The notes beneath the pieces were generated by a model, which was given only the letters and a program-made list of their open reading frames with translations, ran no database searches and was not told where the DNA came from. DNA of 63,959 nt, counting the filler, from Octopus bimaculoides (taxonomy: Eukaryota): NCBI RefSeq assembly GCF_001194135.2. It is 4 parts of 4 records of this genome, joined end to end, with 100 filler letters (N's around TTAATTAATTAA, not from the genome) between each part and the next. Parts side by side here need not be neighbours in the genome. Positions count along the whole stretch, not along the records: positions 22,218 to 38,328 come from NC_068985.1; 3 more parts are not named here. One strand, given 5' to 3'. The translations under genes and the position numbers were made by a program. Of the stretch, positions 24,643-38,328 are shown in pieces (position 1 is the first letter of the stretch; every line of letters starts with the position of its first letter).

Positions 24643-24722
24643 GTCCGGCCGTCTGTCTGTCTGTCTGTCTGTCTGCCTGTATGTCTGCCTGTCTGTCTGC
24701 CTGCCTGCCTGTCTGTCTGTCT
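24582..24722. repeat. Compound (TATC)n/(TGTC)n/(TGCC)n microsatellite
   Basis: Directly visible tetranucleotide arrays. Confidence 0.95.
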
Positions 24723-25973
24723 GTAGTTCAAACATACATAAAACGAAAGAGAAAGACAGGTGAGGGAACAAGAAGCAGATATATTAGTTTGACGCTCGAG
24801 AAGAATGGAAAAGTCTTTGACGTTTCAAGCCTACGCTCTTCGAGAGAAAGGGACGAGAGGAAATACTGGAGAGTGAGAAGAAAGAAACGGTATTAACCGT
24901 TTCACTCCCAAATCCACGTATGTTGATGAGTCGAGGTAGCAGAATATTTTCTGAATTTTAATTTTCAATATGAAAATCTGATAAAGTACTTTCGCTATAC
25001 GGATTTATACGCAAGAATGAAGCATTGACATTTCGCATTTTTTTTCAGCTAGACATGGTGTATTTTGGCTAAGGACCATATACCCAATAATCTATTTCTA
25101 CAGGACTGTTTGTTTTAAGCGGTAACTCCGTTGTATGTATAATTTTATATGTATATATTCTCGAGGAACATGGCTCCATGTCTAGGGAATACACATACAC
25201 GAGGAGACCCCCTTCGGTCATGAATGACCATGGGATTGCACCTAGAAAGTTACCCTCCGAGGCACAGGTCCAGGCAAGGTTATTTATGGAAGACCAGCAG
25301 TCGCTCATGCAAATTTTAAGAAGTTGTTGCAGTAAAAATGGAGCTAAAAATAATAGCTTCTTATATGTCGGGTAAGATATCTCTTGAGGACAGAGAAAAG
25401 ATTCTTATTTCGACGACTGACTTTTGTCAGCTTTGGTGTAATTGTAGCAGATTCATAAAATACACGCGCGCGCGCGCGCACACACACACACACGCACACA
25501 CACACAAGAGAGGTGAGGACTGAAATCCTTCAAAGGGATGTCAAACCTCTAAGTCTACCGGTTCAGTCCAAGTAAAGAATATATATAGAAATATATATTC
25601 AGTATTTGCAAAAATAGTAAATGAAGTATAAGGAAAAGAAAAAAATTGTAAGTGTAGACGAACTTTAATTCAATTCTAATCCAAGTTGGTACAGAACCAT
25701 TACAGAGTCTACAAATTGTTTCCGAGTCTAATTAATTCCAAAGACAAAGATGAAAAACTCTTCATGAAATACAAATTAGATTTCTCATCAGGAATTACAT
25801 ACTGGTATGAATGATTACGACCAACAAAAATATACAAAGACCTTTGGTAGCCCAGACGTGAACAAATAAATGAAAGATAACAAGAACGCCAAATATTCAA
25901 AACTAGAATATATATATATTTCATTCACTTTATCTAGTTTCAGCTCATGAGCTGTGATCATGCTGGGGCACCG

Positions 25974-26017
<44 letters not shown>

Positions 26018-26138
26018 TAATATAAATGTCCTAATTTAAACTTAATAATATGGTAAAATTAAACGAAAATAAAAATGAAAATAAAACACAAATCTTTTGA
26101 TTACAAATTGTCTTCTACAAATAAAACAGTAGAATGGC

Positions 26139-26202
<64 letters not shown>

Positions 26203-26730
26203 TATCAATGAAGAGAGAGCGGAGAAAAAAGTAATACAGTGAAGGAGAGGCAGAGAGAGTAATGGCGATGACTGAGAGAGTGAGAGAAAGTAATGACCGT
26301 TTGAGAAAGAAGAACGCGGAGAGTATCTTCTGTTTTCTACATATAAATGAGAAAGAAACGGGCGAATAAAGTAAAAGACAGCCATTCAACTTTGTGTGAG
26401 TATATGTATATACGTGTGTATATATGAAAAGGATGGGGTATTTGAATGTTTGTGTGTGTATACGTGTGTTGCTGTTGTCATCATGGTGGTGTACAAGAGA
26501 AATATATAGCATTAAAATTATATCGATAAAACTGCGGTGATGATAAATGAAAGTCTCTAAGTGATAGTTCAATCTGCTAAAAATAGCAGCTATATCTTCT
26601 ATATCATATTTTACTGTATTCAAAACACGATGGCTATTGCTGAAATGCTATGATTCTGTTTAATCAGGGCTGACCTAGAAGCAAACAACAGCAGCAGCAA
26701 TAACAAAAACGAAAGTACCTAGAAGGACAA

Positions 26731-27118
26731 TGTTTGTTGGCACTCCGTCGCTTACGACGTCGAGGGTTCCAGTTGACCCGATCAATGGAACAGCCTGCTC
26801 GTGAAATTAACGTGCAAGTGGCTGAGCACTCCACAGACACGTGTACCCTTAACGTAGTTCTCGAGGACATTCAGCGTGACACAGTGTGACAAGGCTGGCC
26901 CTTTGAATTACAGGCACAACAGAAACAGGAAGTAAGAGTGGGAGAAAGTTGTAGTGAAAGAGTACAGCAGGGTTCGCCACCATCCCCTGCCGGAGCCTGG
27001 TGGAGCTTTAGGTGTTTTCGCTCAATAAACACTCACAACGCCCAGTCTGGGAATCGAAACCGCGATCCTACGACCGCGAGTCCGCTGCCCTAACCAATGG
27101 GTCATTGCGCCTCCACCA
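26731..27118 (-). mobile_element. Full-length, young tRNA-derived SINE (family 3) with 8-bp target-site duplication
   Basis: Head tggaggcgcaatgacccattggttagggcagcggactcgcggtcgtaggatcgcggtttcgattccc (A and B boxes); tail ...cgacggagtgccaacaaaca; TSD aaggacaa at 26723-26730 and 27119-27126; CpG-rich. Confidence 0.85.
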
Positions 27119-27579
27119 AAGGACAACGACGTGACGGTAAAGAACAACAGCACGGAAACAACGAAAATTTCTTCTATACAACCAATCATTTTGCTAGAAA
27201 TAACAGTAGAAATTTTCCTAAATCTACGTCTTCAATAAAGGACAATGAATATAGTCGATGATATACAAAATGACGGGATTCTTTATTCTTTTCCAGGATT
27301 CACTCACACTGCAGCTATGTCGGAAAGACAGCTGGAATGCCTTTGATCAGAGCTCTTTTTGATCATGGCTGACGTGAGTTTAACATCAATAGCATCTAAT
27401 TTCCTGCATCTCTTATGACTAGCCGTCCATCTTAGTTTCTGTCAGACAAAGTGAGACAAAGTTTCAGTCTTCCTTGCTTGACGATATGATACTATATTCT
27501 GTCATCGTATTTTCCCTCCACAGCACATTGACGCTTTGTGGCATTGATGTCAGGTAACGAAAGAAGAGACTCCCACTCA

Positions 27580-27611
<32 letters not shown>

Positions 27612-28224
27612 GAGAAAACAGAGGAAAAAGTAATAAACAAAACTCTGCTGCTTTTATTGTCGCTTTTGTTGCTGTTTTATTGTTGTTTGGTCAGTAGTGA
27701 TCGAGTAGCCTTGTAATCAAAAATATTCAAGCCGTGACCACCTCGAGTTTTAAAGAAAAACATAACTACATTATTTCATGTCTTTATATATCTATTTAAA
27801 ATGGTGGCATGTCATTTGTGCAAGTATTTTGGCTGCTTTTTCTAGCTGATATAGAAACCACACTGAGGCTCCTCGTCGGTTCATTGGCGCTGTTTCTGTA
27901 GTCATCATTAACACCATACATGCTGTTCATATTGTTTCTATGCTTGTGGTCCTCGCTGTAGTTGGTGTTACTTTCCGTCGTTTATGCTGTTGTTACTGCT
28001 GGCTTCCTCGTTGTTGTTGATGCTTTCGTTGTCGTCGTTGTTTTCGCATTGTATTGTTGTTGTCACTGCTGGTTGTTGTTATTGTTGGTTTCGCCATTGG
28101 TTTTGTTGTGTTGTTGGTTTGTCACTGACGTTGTTACGCTTATTTTCATCATCATTGATGTAACTCTAACTTTCCTCATCGTCACCATTGTTGTCGAACT
28201 TTCCAGTTTCGACCACTACATTTA

Positions 28225-28633
28225 TACTCTTTTACTCTTTTACTTGTTTCAGTCTTTTGACTGCGGCCATGCTGGAGCACCGCCTTTAGTCGAGCAAATC
28301 GACCCCAGGACTTATTCTTTGTAAGCCTTGTACTTATTCTATCGGTCTTTTGCCGAACCGCTAAGTTCCGGGGACTTAAACACACCACCATCGGTTGTCA
28401 AGCGATGTTGGGGTGGACAAACACAGACACACAAACATACACACACATAGACATATATATACATATATACGACAGGCTTCTTTCAGTTTCCGTCTACCAA
28501 ATCCACTCACAAGGCTTTGGTCGGCCCGAGGCTATAGTAGAAGACACTTACCCAAGGTGCCACGCAGTGGGACTGAACCCGTAACCATGTGGTTGGTAAG
28601 CTAGCTACTTACCATGCAGCCACTCCTGCGCCT
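28225..28633 (-). mobile_element. CORE-type SINE, near full length
   Basis: Reverse complement begins ggcgcaggagtggctgcatggtaagtagc, contains caccttgggtaagtgtcttctactatagcctcgggccgacc and ends in a (agtaaaag)n tail. Confidence 0.88.
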
Positions 28634-29740
28634 ATGTTTATATATCCATGACAATGTCTATTTCCCCTTACTTTTGAAAGACGGGATATAATCTGAAAAT
28701 TCTCAGTCTACTATTTCTTTCTAGTGGATCAAGCAAACATGCAGAAGTTCACCGCCCACGGTTGAAAATATTATCAGGATAGTAATGTCTGCATAAAAAA
28801 ATCTCTTGACGAAATTTCTCTTGTTTGGCAGATACCACTGAGACAATGCAACTCTTCCAGTCATCCACGAGGTTGTTGTTGTTGCTGTCGTTGTTGCTGT
28901 ATCACCCTTGGCCAACCTTGATCGATCTATGATCATGGGTGTTCTAACCAAAGTTCCGTCTAAGTTGTGGCTGTGTGTGCGCGCGTCCGTGTGTGTGCTC
29001 AGACATTTTCTTTTGAGCAAATTTTCTTTCTTTGTAAACTTTGTGCGCACCCGTGTGAATATCTATCGCTTAAATTTCTTGAATTAAAAAAACAAAACCC
29101 GATTTCATCTTGAAAGCCTTGTGTGTGCATCGTTTTTCTTTCCTAGTTTCAAAATACGTGTGCGTGCGCACAAGTGCACAGTTAGAAGGAATGGTTGCTC
29201 CAACAACCACATCAACCATCTCATCTCTGCTTCCGCCACAGTTTATCTAAAACTACAGTATCTAACGCAGAGTTCTCAAACGACATTTTGCGGATTAAAA
29301 AGAAAAAAAAAGAAATAATTTATGTCTTTAGAAAATCTATACTAATGCTTAAGTTTCTTGAAAAATGTGCCATTAATATTTTTTTTATACGCAAGAGTGA
29401 TTAATAAAACAAAGTAAGAAATATTTTTCCTGTATTTTTTTTTTCTGAATTTTAAACTTTGAAACAGTATTTTCTTTCAAAGAATTTCAATGCGAAGTGC
29501 ACCAGTAACTATTAACTTTCCACGCGAAGTGTGTTAGTGATTTTCTTTTGATCTCCAATGCACCACGAAGTCAAAATGGTTGAAAAATCATTGATCAAAC
29601 GTATCCTTTTTTTTTCTCTCTCAGAGACAGCAGGGTGTGATTTGAGGATGATTTAGCTGCTATTGTGCTAGAAGATTAAGTGAACATTTAGCAGTTCTCT
29701 ATCAACTCATAAGTAAGCTGTTTGAAGCAATAGGTTAAGG

Positions 29741-30006
29741 CGGAGGTTCTCAAACATTTTGGGTCACTGCCCACCTCATGGCCACATAATACCCTCAGCG
29801 CCCCCGTCTCTATTTTTACATATAAATAAATATTTTATATTTTACTGGCTGTGTGGTAAGTAGCTTGCTTACCAACCACATGGTCCAGGGTTCAGTCCCA
29901 CTGCGTGGCACCTTGGGCAAGTGTCTTCTACTCTAGCCTCGGGCCGACCAAAGCCTTGTGAGTGGATTTCATAGGCGGAAACTGAAAGAAGACCGTCGTA
30001 TATATG

Positions 30007-30039
<33 letters not shown>

Positions 30040-30458
30040 GGATATGTGTGTGTGTATGATTGTGTGTCTGTGTTTGTCCTCCCACCATCACTTGACAACC
30101 GATGCTGGTGTGTTTACGTCCCCGTAACTTAGCAGTTCGGCAAAAGGGACCGATAGAATAAGTACTAGACTTACAAAGAATAAGTCCTGGGGACGATTTG
30201 TTCGAATAAAAGGCGGTGCTCCAGCATGACCGCAGTCAAATGACTGAAACAAGTAAAAGAATAAAAGGCTATGAGTCATTTGATATTGAATATATTACAT
30301 AATTTGTATAAAATACTATAATAATATTATAAATTCATACCGTCCCCAAACCACTGCCTTCCTCCCAAAACCTCCTTTTACTCTACAACCCCCTACACCG
30401 CCCCCTTAGACACCAGCGCCCACCTGGATCCTCTCAGCGCCCACCGTGAAAAGCTATG
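29741..30458. mobile_element. hAT-like MITE interrupted by a CORE-type SINE
   Basis: Left end cggaggttctcaaac (hAT/Charlie-like CAG.GGTTCTCAAAC); degenerate right end gtgaaaagctatg; 8-bp flanks ggttaagg / ggttaaag. Confidence 0.5.
29846..30266 (+). mobile_element. CORE-type SINE nested in the MITE
   Basis: tggctgtgtggtaagtagcttgcttaccaaccacatggtccagggttcagtcccactgcgtggcaccttgggcaagtg...gactgaaacaagtaaaagaataaaa. Confidence 0.88.
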
Positions 30459-32929
30459 GGTTAAAGCAATGTCAACATATTTGATACATATTTAAACCAT
30501 GTGGTTGGGAAGCTAGCTTCTTACCATGCAACCACCCTTTCGCCTATGCGTAATATACATAATATATATATATATATTACACATGTAATAATTAAATTAT
30601 ATATTATGTACTTTATTGTGTTTTGTTATGCGCGTGATCCCCACTCTGTGGTGAAATTGTCTTGCATGAAACCAGTCTGTGATGCAAAATAAGATTTGGG
30701 ACCGTTGGTCTAACCAGTTAAATAGTCGGTATTATATAAAATTACTTTTGCAAATGGTTACAGATATTGAGGTAGCTATAGCACGTCACCCTGAAGCTAA
30801 TTCTTTGGTGTTGTTGCTGTTTTTTGTTGTTGGCTTTATTCAATCTTTGGTCAGCTATGAATGAGTCGACCTATGATCAAAAGTCTTTCATCTGCCACCA
30901 TCATATTTTCATTTCTCGACGTTGTGTAAACTTGTCATAGAGTGTTCCAGCAACTGTTATAATACACGATATACCTTGCGTTACAAGTTACAGTGTATCT
31001 AAGACTGCATTATTCAATGTGTCTCTTCCCTCTTTTTAAAGGTGTAGGATATAATTTGAAGGAGATATAATTTCTGTTTTCAGAATGTCGAGCGACAACG
31101 AAGCGGCTTCATCGCTGACTTGACAATTTGATGTTCGATTCGAAATCTGTCTGAGCTAAGGGATGCTTATTATCTTTCTTTTAGCTTTTGTAATTTACTG
31201 GATTCAGGACACCGTCTTGAAGGGTTTAGTAAAAAAATAATGAACCCATTGCTTATTTTTTAAAGCCTGCTACATATACGATTCGTCTCTTTGCCAAACT
31301 GCTATTTTACGGGGACGGAGACAAACCAAGACCGGCTGCCAAGCTGCGTGTCCTTTGGACAAACACAAAAACAAAGACATACTCACACAAACACATACAT
31401 AAATATAAGATGGCCTTCTTTCAGCTTCCGCCTATCAAATTCCATCACAACACTTTGATCGGCAAGGGGGGTATAATAGAAGACACTCGACCAAGGTGCT
31501 GCGCTGTGAGATTGAACCCAAGGTCACATAGTTGGGATGTATGCTTCTTAACCACACAGCCATGCCGGCATCCTGTTAATATACGAAAATATAAAAAGGC
31601 CAGCATTTGGCTTAGATCATGACACATCAAGGAATCAACAATCAGTCTTTTGCTGATATCTAAGTTGGCCTGCGTGGTCTTTCGATCTTTTGCCACTACT
31701 TTGTCGAAATGCTTTTAGTTTTTCTAAGATATACGAAAAGACAAGTTTGTAATGCGATCTTCTGTTGCAAGGGCATGAAAGCCATCACAATATCTGGAGT
31801 ACAGAAAACATTACTCGGTTCCATAGTAATACTATTCCCATCTCATCGCGTCTGAATGCGTTGCCTTTTCAAATTTCTACAACAAAGATTTGGTGTTCTC
31901 CTACAATAAGAACGCCATCGAAAGTATACTATGACTTTAAACTGCAACTGGCAGTGGGATCTTGGTTCGAGAGTTTAGAATTTTGAGCGGTGTAGAAGCA
32001 CGTATTAGCCGCTATTGTTTCCACGTCTAATCTGACTCGGAGTAATAATACCTATGAGGGTCTCAGCTATGGGTTAAGCAGCATGTAACCACCCGGGCCA
32101 AGGTGTGTTCAAATCAGGGATGCAGCATGGTGGATGTGAACTATTTCACTAGATGAGCATATTGAGTTAATGGCGAATGTCCTTACATGCTGAGCGGACG
32201 AACAGGTAACTGTCAACGGCCAGGATCAACCAGTTCAGATAGGAGGTACAGATCTATTGTCTGTGCCTACTACTGTAGGTACCTAAGATAGTAGGTATCT
32301 ACTATCGTCTGTAGTGGTGGCGTACTCAGATGAGTTATTTCAGTTAAAGAAAGACCAAGGTAACTAAAACCCAAGCTTGACATTCATATCTCATCGCATG
32401 ATCGGGACATCAGGCGTGGACAAGTTGCGTTGGTCCGGGCAAGTCACTCGATCTGGACGACGACGTCGATGACGACGACGACGACGACGATGACGACGAC
32501 GACGACGACGACGACGATGATGATGATAAAAGTATAAATAGTACTCAGTTGATTGGTTTCTTACTTGAGAGCAATTTCCTTTGAATTTTCAAATATTTAC
32601 GACGACACCTTCACACGTTTAAATGAAGCATTTAATAACCAATAATGTCTCTAATGTAACCAATTTATTGTCAGCTGCGGAGAAAGCGAAAAACAACGAT
32701 ACAATAACAACGACAATAACAAAAACAACAACAACAACAATAGCTTAAAAATCCATTGTGTTGAAGCATTGACCAAATTAGAATTTGTCGTTTAGCTATG
32801 GAAGCATGTGGGCCGCGTGGATGAGGTATTGTTTTACCTGTAAATAGATACTCGCATGTTTTCAGAGCTCCTACAGGCGTCATGTTGTATTTATTGTTCA
32901 TTCCTTCGTTCTTATTCTTATATTACGCC

Positions 32930-33135
32930 TTAACATTGAGCATTCGGATTACCCTGTCAAACGAAATGCTTATTTATTCACATTGTTTTTAATTAATCAC
33001 GCTTTATCTCGTAGCTTCGAGATTGGATGACGTGAGTTGCGATTATGTAATTTCAACATGATATTGTAAGGTAGGGGTGAGATGTCGGATCTGACCAGTT
33101 TGAATATAAAACAGTTTTAATGCCAAAGGATCAAA
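32930..33135. mobile_element. piggyBac-like MITE, second copy (CpG retained)
   Basis: Aligns by eye with 2071-2290 (agcattc...aatgcttatttattcacattgtttt...ggatctgaccagtttgaatataaaa...aatgccaaagg). Confidence 0.6.
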
Positions 33136-33139
33136 ATGA

Positions 33140-33340
33140 TGGATTGGCAGAACCGTTAGAGTGTAGTTAAAATGTCTTGTGGCCTTGTTTCTGGATGTAG
33201 ATTCTGTGTTCAAATTCCACCGAAGTCAACCTTTCCTTTCATCTTTGCGGGTTCGGTAAAATAAAGTACCAGTCAAATACTAGAATCTGTTTAATCAGCT
33301 AATCATTCCATTTAAAACTGATGGCCTTGTATCTAAGATA
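33140..33340 (+). mobile_element. tRNA-derived SINE (family 1), diverged
   Basis: ttggcagaaccgttag...gttcaaattccaccgaagtcaacctttcctttcatctttgcgggttcggtaaaataaagtaccag. Confidence 0.7.
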
Positions 33341-34897
33341 TTATTAGTTTTCTTCTTCTTCCAAGTTTGATTCATTTCTTGCCGGGTGTCTGCCCGTCAC
33401 CTAAGGCAATAAACTCACTGTATAATTGACCATTAAAATAAACGGACTAGATTGTTTACTTTCAAAATGAAATGAAGTTATGAGAAAAAAATATTATTTA
33501 CATGGGTGGTGTATCATTCTCATTAAAAAGTATCAACGTGAATCAAAGCAGTGTGTCTTTTTTTTATTGTGTCATAGTTCAACCCAATATGATAACTCGT
33601 TATCGTTACTGAAAGTTAAACGAAACATTTGTTAAATATAAGGTTCTATTTCTTGGAACTGTGAGCTGTACGGCATTCAAGTTCCTTATTTACAGAAAGA
33701 TGAACCACATCGGTGAGAGTTAACTCTCTTGACCTGAGATAAATCACAACGACAGAAATAATGGGATATCTGACACAGACAGTTCAACTGGTAAACATTC
33801 CCCAAATATACAACTGTTACTCACACCGAAGAAAAAAGAAAAACAATAACAGAAACACGAAGGGAAATACTTGGAAGATAAAACATAGTTTACTCCAATC
33901 ATAAAAAAAAATCAGATAATACATTAGCAGATGACTGACATGTTTGAGAAATGATAGATGCAGTGAATATTTATGTTGAGTTCAGACATTTGTAAACAAA
34001 CAAGGTTAAATGTATAAGTCTAGCAAAAATCATGTTATTTTTACTTAGTCTGAATCAAGTCTGACCCAGCAGACATATTATTACAGACGTTCCAGCTGTG
34101 GCCATTCCGTCGTTTTTTTCTTTCTGGCATAGTGTATCTTGGACAACATAATGCTTCTTGTCATTTCCTTTTTTTACGCCGGTAGAGTGCAAGTCGAGAA
34201 ATCTCGACGATATTGAGAAAAATGATGAGGATGATGTTGATGATAACGATGAGGATGATAGGTGATGATGTTACTGAGAGTGATTTCGGTAAAGGTGATG
34301 ATAATGATTACAATGTTTACAAACTTGATGTTACCTTCAAATGTTCACACTTTGTAACAAAACCACTCTTAATTCATGAAGAAAGACGAAGTAAAGGCTA
34401 AAAGGGAGAGAGAGAGAGAGAGAGAGAGAGNNNNNNNNNNNNNNNNNNNNNNNNNNNNNNNNNNNNNNNNNNNNNNNNNNNNNNNNNNNNNNNNNNNNNN
34501 NNNNNNNNNNNNNNNNNNNNNNNNNNNNNNNNNNNNNNNNNNNNNNNNNNNNNNNNNNNNNNNNNNNNNNNNNNNNNNNNNNNNNNNNNNNNNNNNNNNN
34601 NNNNNNNNNNNNNNNNNNNNNNNNNNNNNNNNNNNNNNNNNNNNNNNNNNNNNNNNNNNNNNNNNNNNNNNNNNNNNNNNNNNNNNNNNNNNNNNNNNNN
34701 NNNNNNNNNNNNNNNNNNNNNNNNNNNNNNNNNNNNNNNNNNNNNNNNNNNNNNNNNNNNNNNNNNNNNNNNNNNNNNNNNNNNNNNNNNNNNNNNNNNN
34801 NNNNNNNNNNNNNNNNNNNNNNNNNNNNNNNNNNNNNNNNNNNNNNNNNNNNNNNNNNNNNNNNNNNNNNNNNNNNNNNNNNNNNNNNNNNNNNNNN

Positions 34898-34937
<40 letters not shown>

Positions 34938-37269
34938 CATATGTGTGTGTGTGTATATGTATATATATATATACATATACATGTATACACACACACATAC
35001 ACACACACATATATATATCTATATATATATATATACACACACACACATACATGTGTATATGTGTGCGTGTGTGCATACATACATACGTACATACATAATA
35101 CATATACACATATATGCACACGCATCACGCATATGCACACACACACGTATATATATAATATATGTACATTTAAATTTACAAATGAAAGAAAAGAGCACTT
35201 AGTGATGGTATCAAGTTTATATTTATCATGAATTAATTGATTATTCACGCCATTGTTACCGGGAGTTTCACGCACGTAAGTTATAGTCAGTATTATTAAA
35301 TGTTTGTTGTTGGGTCCTCAACGCACCTACGAGGCTATTTTCATTGGGCAAGACTGCTAAAAATAAGGGTAACAAAAAAAGTTATACCAAAATTCGAGTA
35401 AACAAAATTTCCCAATATAAGGGACATTAGCTCCGGGCCAGTCAAAGAAACCTTACAAGACCTCAATGACCCTAACTTTTTCAGGAGTGCGCGTGTTTCC
35501 AAAATGCACTTTTATACATTATAATCTGATTTTGACCATCTTGGTCAGAGATCAGAGAAAGAACCATCATAGAGATCATCCCCCTTAATATCCTGGAAAG
35601 ACTTGTCATCCAGTCTTACTTACCGCTGAGCCGTGCTTTCTCGCCAGGATCTCCCCAAAATTGTTTGGTCTGGTATATTTTGCAAGAACCCTTCTGTTTA
35701 CTTCCAAACACCCGGGGACATTATTTAACGTCCCATTTGATGGCTGTTTGAAGGTGACCTTCTTTCACTATTATCACTATTCTCGGCTGTGCATTATTTT
35801 ATTGCTTTATAAATTTCCTGTCCCTTATCAGTTTTGCTCACTAGAGCGAAGTTACGCTGCGGGCTTCTTTATACTTACATTTGTTGATTCCCTTTCCGCG
35901 GTTGATTTTATGTTTGTGTTTCACCCAATTGTTGTTGGTCTGACTACGTGTCTGGCTGTGTTTGTTGTGATTGTATTAATGATGCCAGTAAGGAAGCGAG
36001 CTGGCAGAACTGGCAGAACTGATAGATGACATGGCTGGATAAAGCTAGACTAATTTTTCTTTAATTTCTCTTGAGAACTGATTTTATTTCTGTAATTATT
36101 TCTCTCTACAGCTTAAGACTTCTGATTCGAGCTACGGTAGCAAAGGATCCTGTTGATCCGATTGCCTGGTTAGTCTCATTCCTCCTTGAAGGCATTGCTT
36201 CTGCTATTGCCCTCAACAGTTAATAGATCCAGCCATTGCAGAGGAGATGATGGTTGTGGAATTGTAGGTTGGTAAAAAAGCTGCTTTTGAGCTGACGGTT
36301 ACCTGTTGGCAGCGGTGGTGTTGCCATAACAACTGCTTGAATTTGAGTTGACCTGATGGTGTTGTTTGTACTGTTGTTGTCGTTCTTATGTTGTTTTTTT
36401 TAATTGCGGTCATTATCGCGTGGTAGTTGTGAGGTTGGTGTTTTCTTCCTATTGTCTTCTTGTGCCACTTGACTTTTCCTATTGGACTTCTTTGCTATCG
36501 ATTTTGCTGTTTTTGTTGTCGCCGTCGTCGTCGTCGTCTTCATTGTTACCTGTATTTGTGTTCACAGAGGTGATAGGAAGAGGAGAGAGTGTAACATTCT
36601 GTTCATAGCAACTCTTTCAGACAACCACTGTCACTCTTCCCTTCCCTAAACACCATATTTTTAAAAAATATTTAATTTTATTTTCAAAAATAAATTAATA
36701 TTCCCCATAGGCTAATATATGAGGAAACCGTCCAGCTCTCCAGAGACCTGGTCGGCTAATTAACAAAAAAAAAAAAAGAAAAAAAGGAAGAAAGAAAGCA
36801 GGTCTTTTAAGTATACAAACGTAAACAATAAACGTACGAGCAGATTTCAAAGACTGTTGCTTGGATGACAATAGCGGTAATAAAGTTTTACAATAAATTC
36901 TATGAAAAGGATTTTTTTTTTATAACGAACATCAATTTATCAATTTTACGGCACCTCTCTTGGCTGCATCTTTAAATGCAAATCCCTGTCCTTTGATGTT
37001 TCTGGTTGAGACTTGGGTGCAGCTCGTACAAATTGTAACAAACAAAAGACATGATGATGATGATGATGATGATCCCTTGGTAATGTTATATCTGTTGCTA
37101 CGACACCGTCTTGTTCGAAGGAATTAGCTCTATTTATTATTGAAGTTATTGTGAGAGAAATAAGGAACGAAGGAATTATAAATTACACAGAAATATAGTT
37201 CTGGAAGATTTTGGTACGATTTATGCAAAAATCTGAATTAGGCGTCGAATAATCTACTTTCCCTAACTA

Positions 37270-37690
37270 CCAACCACATGGTTCCGGGTTCAGTCCCACT
37301 GCGTGGCACCTTGGGCAAGTGTCTTCTGCTATAACCTCGGGCCCACCAAACCCTTGTGAGTGGATTTGGTAGACGGAAACTGAAAGAAGTCCGTCGTATA
37401 CACACACACACACACACACACACATATATGTATGTATGTATATGTGTGTGTGTATATATGATTGTGTGTTTGTGTTTGTCCCCCCACCATCACTTCACAA
37501 TCGATGCTGGTGTGTTTACGTCCCCGTAACTTAGCGGTTCGGCAAAAGAGAGACGGATAGAATGAGTACTAGGCTTACAAAGAATAAGTCCTGGGATCGA
37601 TTTGTTCGACTAAAAGGTGGTGCTCCAGCATGGCCGCAGTCAAAATGACTGAAAGAAAGTAAGATAGTAAAAGAGAGTAAAGAGAGTAGT
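37270..37690 (+). mobile_element. CORE-type SINE, 5'-truncated
   Basis: accaaccacatggttccgggttcagtcccactgcgtggcaccttgggcaagtg...ccagcatggccgcagtcaaaatgactgaaag. Confidence 0.88.
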
Positions 37691-38255
37691 GGTGAAACTA
37701 CATTTCTAATGCCTCAAGGTCCCAAGATCACATAAATACCTGAAACACACACACATGTATTGTGTACGTTCACTCTATTTCCCTGCTTTAAACTTTCCCA
37801 ACATACAACTGCCGGCGAAGTGACATCAACATGCTTTCTGTTCGATAATTAGTGAAATTGCTAATAATTCATCAATGATGCTGTCATTATCTGTAGTTTC
37901 ATCTCGTAGCTTAACAGATTGTCTAAGTATGTTTCACGTGTGTGCTACAAGTAACAGCTTATTTTTCCATGGGAATTTTATTAAAGAAATCTTCCACTTT
38001 GAGAGTATTAGTAACGTAGTCGTAACCCTCGCTAGAGAAATACAATTTTGGTCGCCTGGTTTGACAATTTGCATAATCCTTCCAAGATCATTCAGAAATG
38101 TATAACTGTGTATTTATCCCTTCTTCGCTCTCTGTTTCTCTGGCAGTATTTAGAAACAGTGAACAGAGCTAGTTTATGCGAGTAAGGCTATTGTGCTATT
38201 TCCATTTCAGTAGCAAACATAACACTATCAGGGGATGATGATGATGCTGATGATC

Positions 38256-38312
<57 letters not shown>

Positions 38313-38328
38313 TAATATTCTCCATAGG

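Noticed and set aside
25200-25315. Repeat resembling an RTE 5' region tested for an HDV-like ribozyme fold
   Set aside because: I could not build consistent P1/P3/P1.1 pairings by hand; it would need an Infernal or RNArobo search on the family consensus.
27045-27118. tRNA-like sequence (minus strand) as a tRNA gene
   Set aside because: It continues directly into a SINE body and tail flanked by a TSD, and no complete cloverleaf acceptor stem is evident; it is a SINE head.
31765-31986. ORF with IPISSRLNALPFQI, faintly like a Helitron PIF1 helicase C-terminus
   Set aside because: Similarity limited to a few residues; no helicase motifs nearby.
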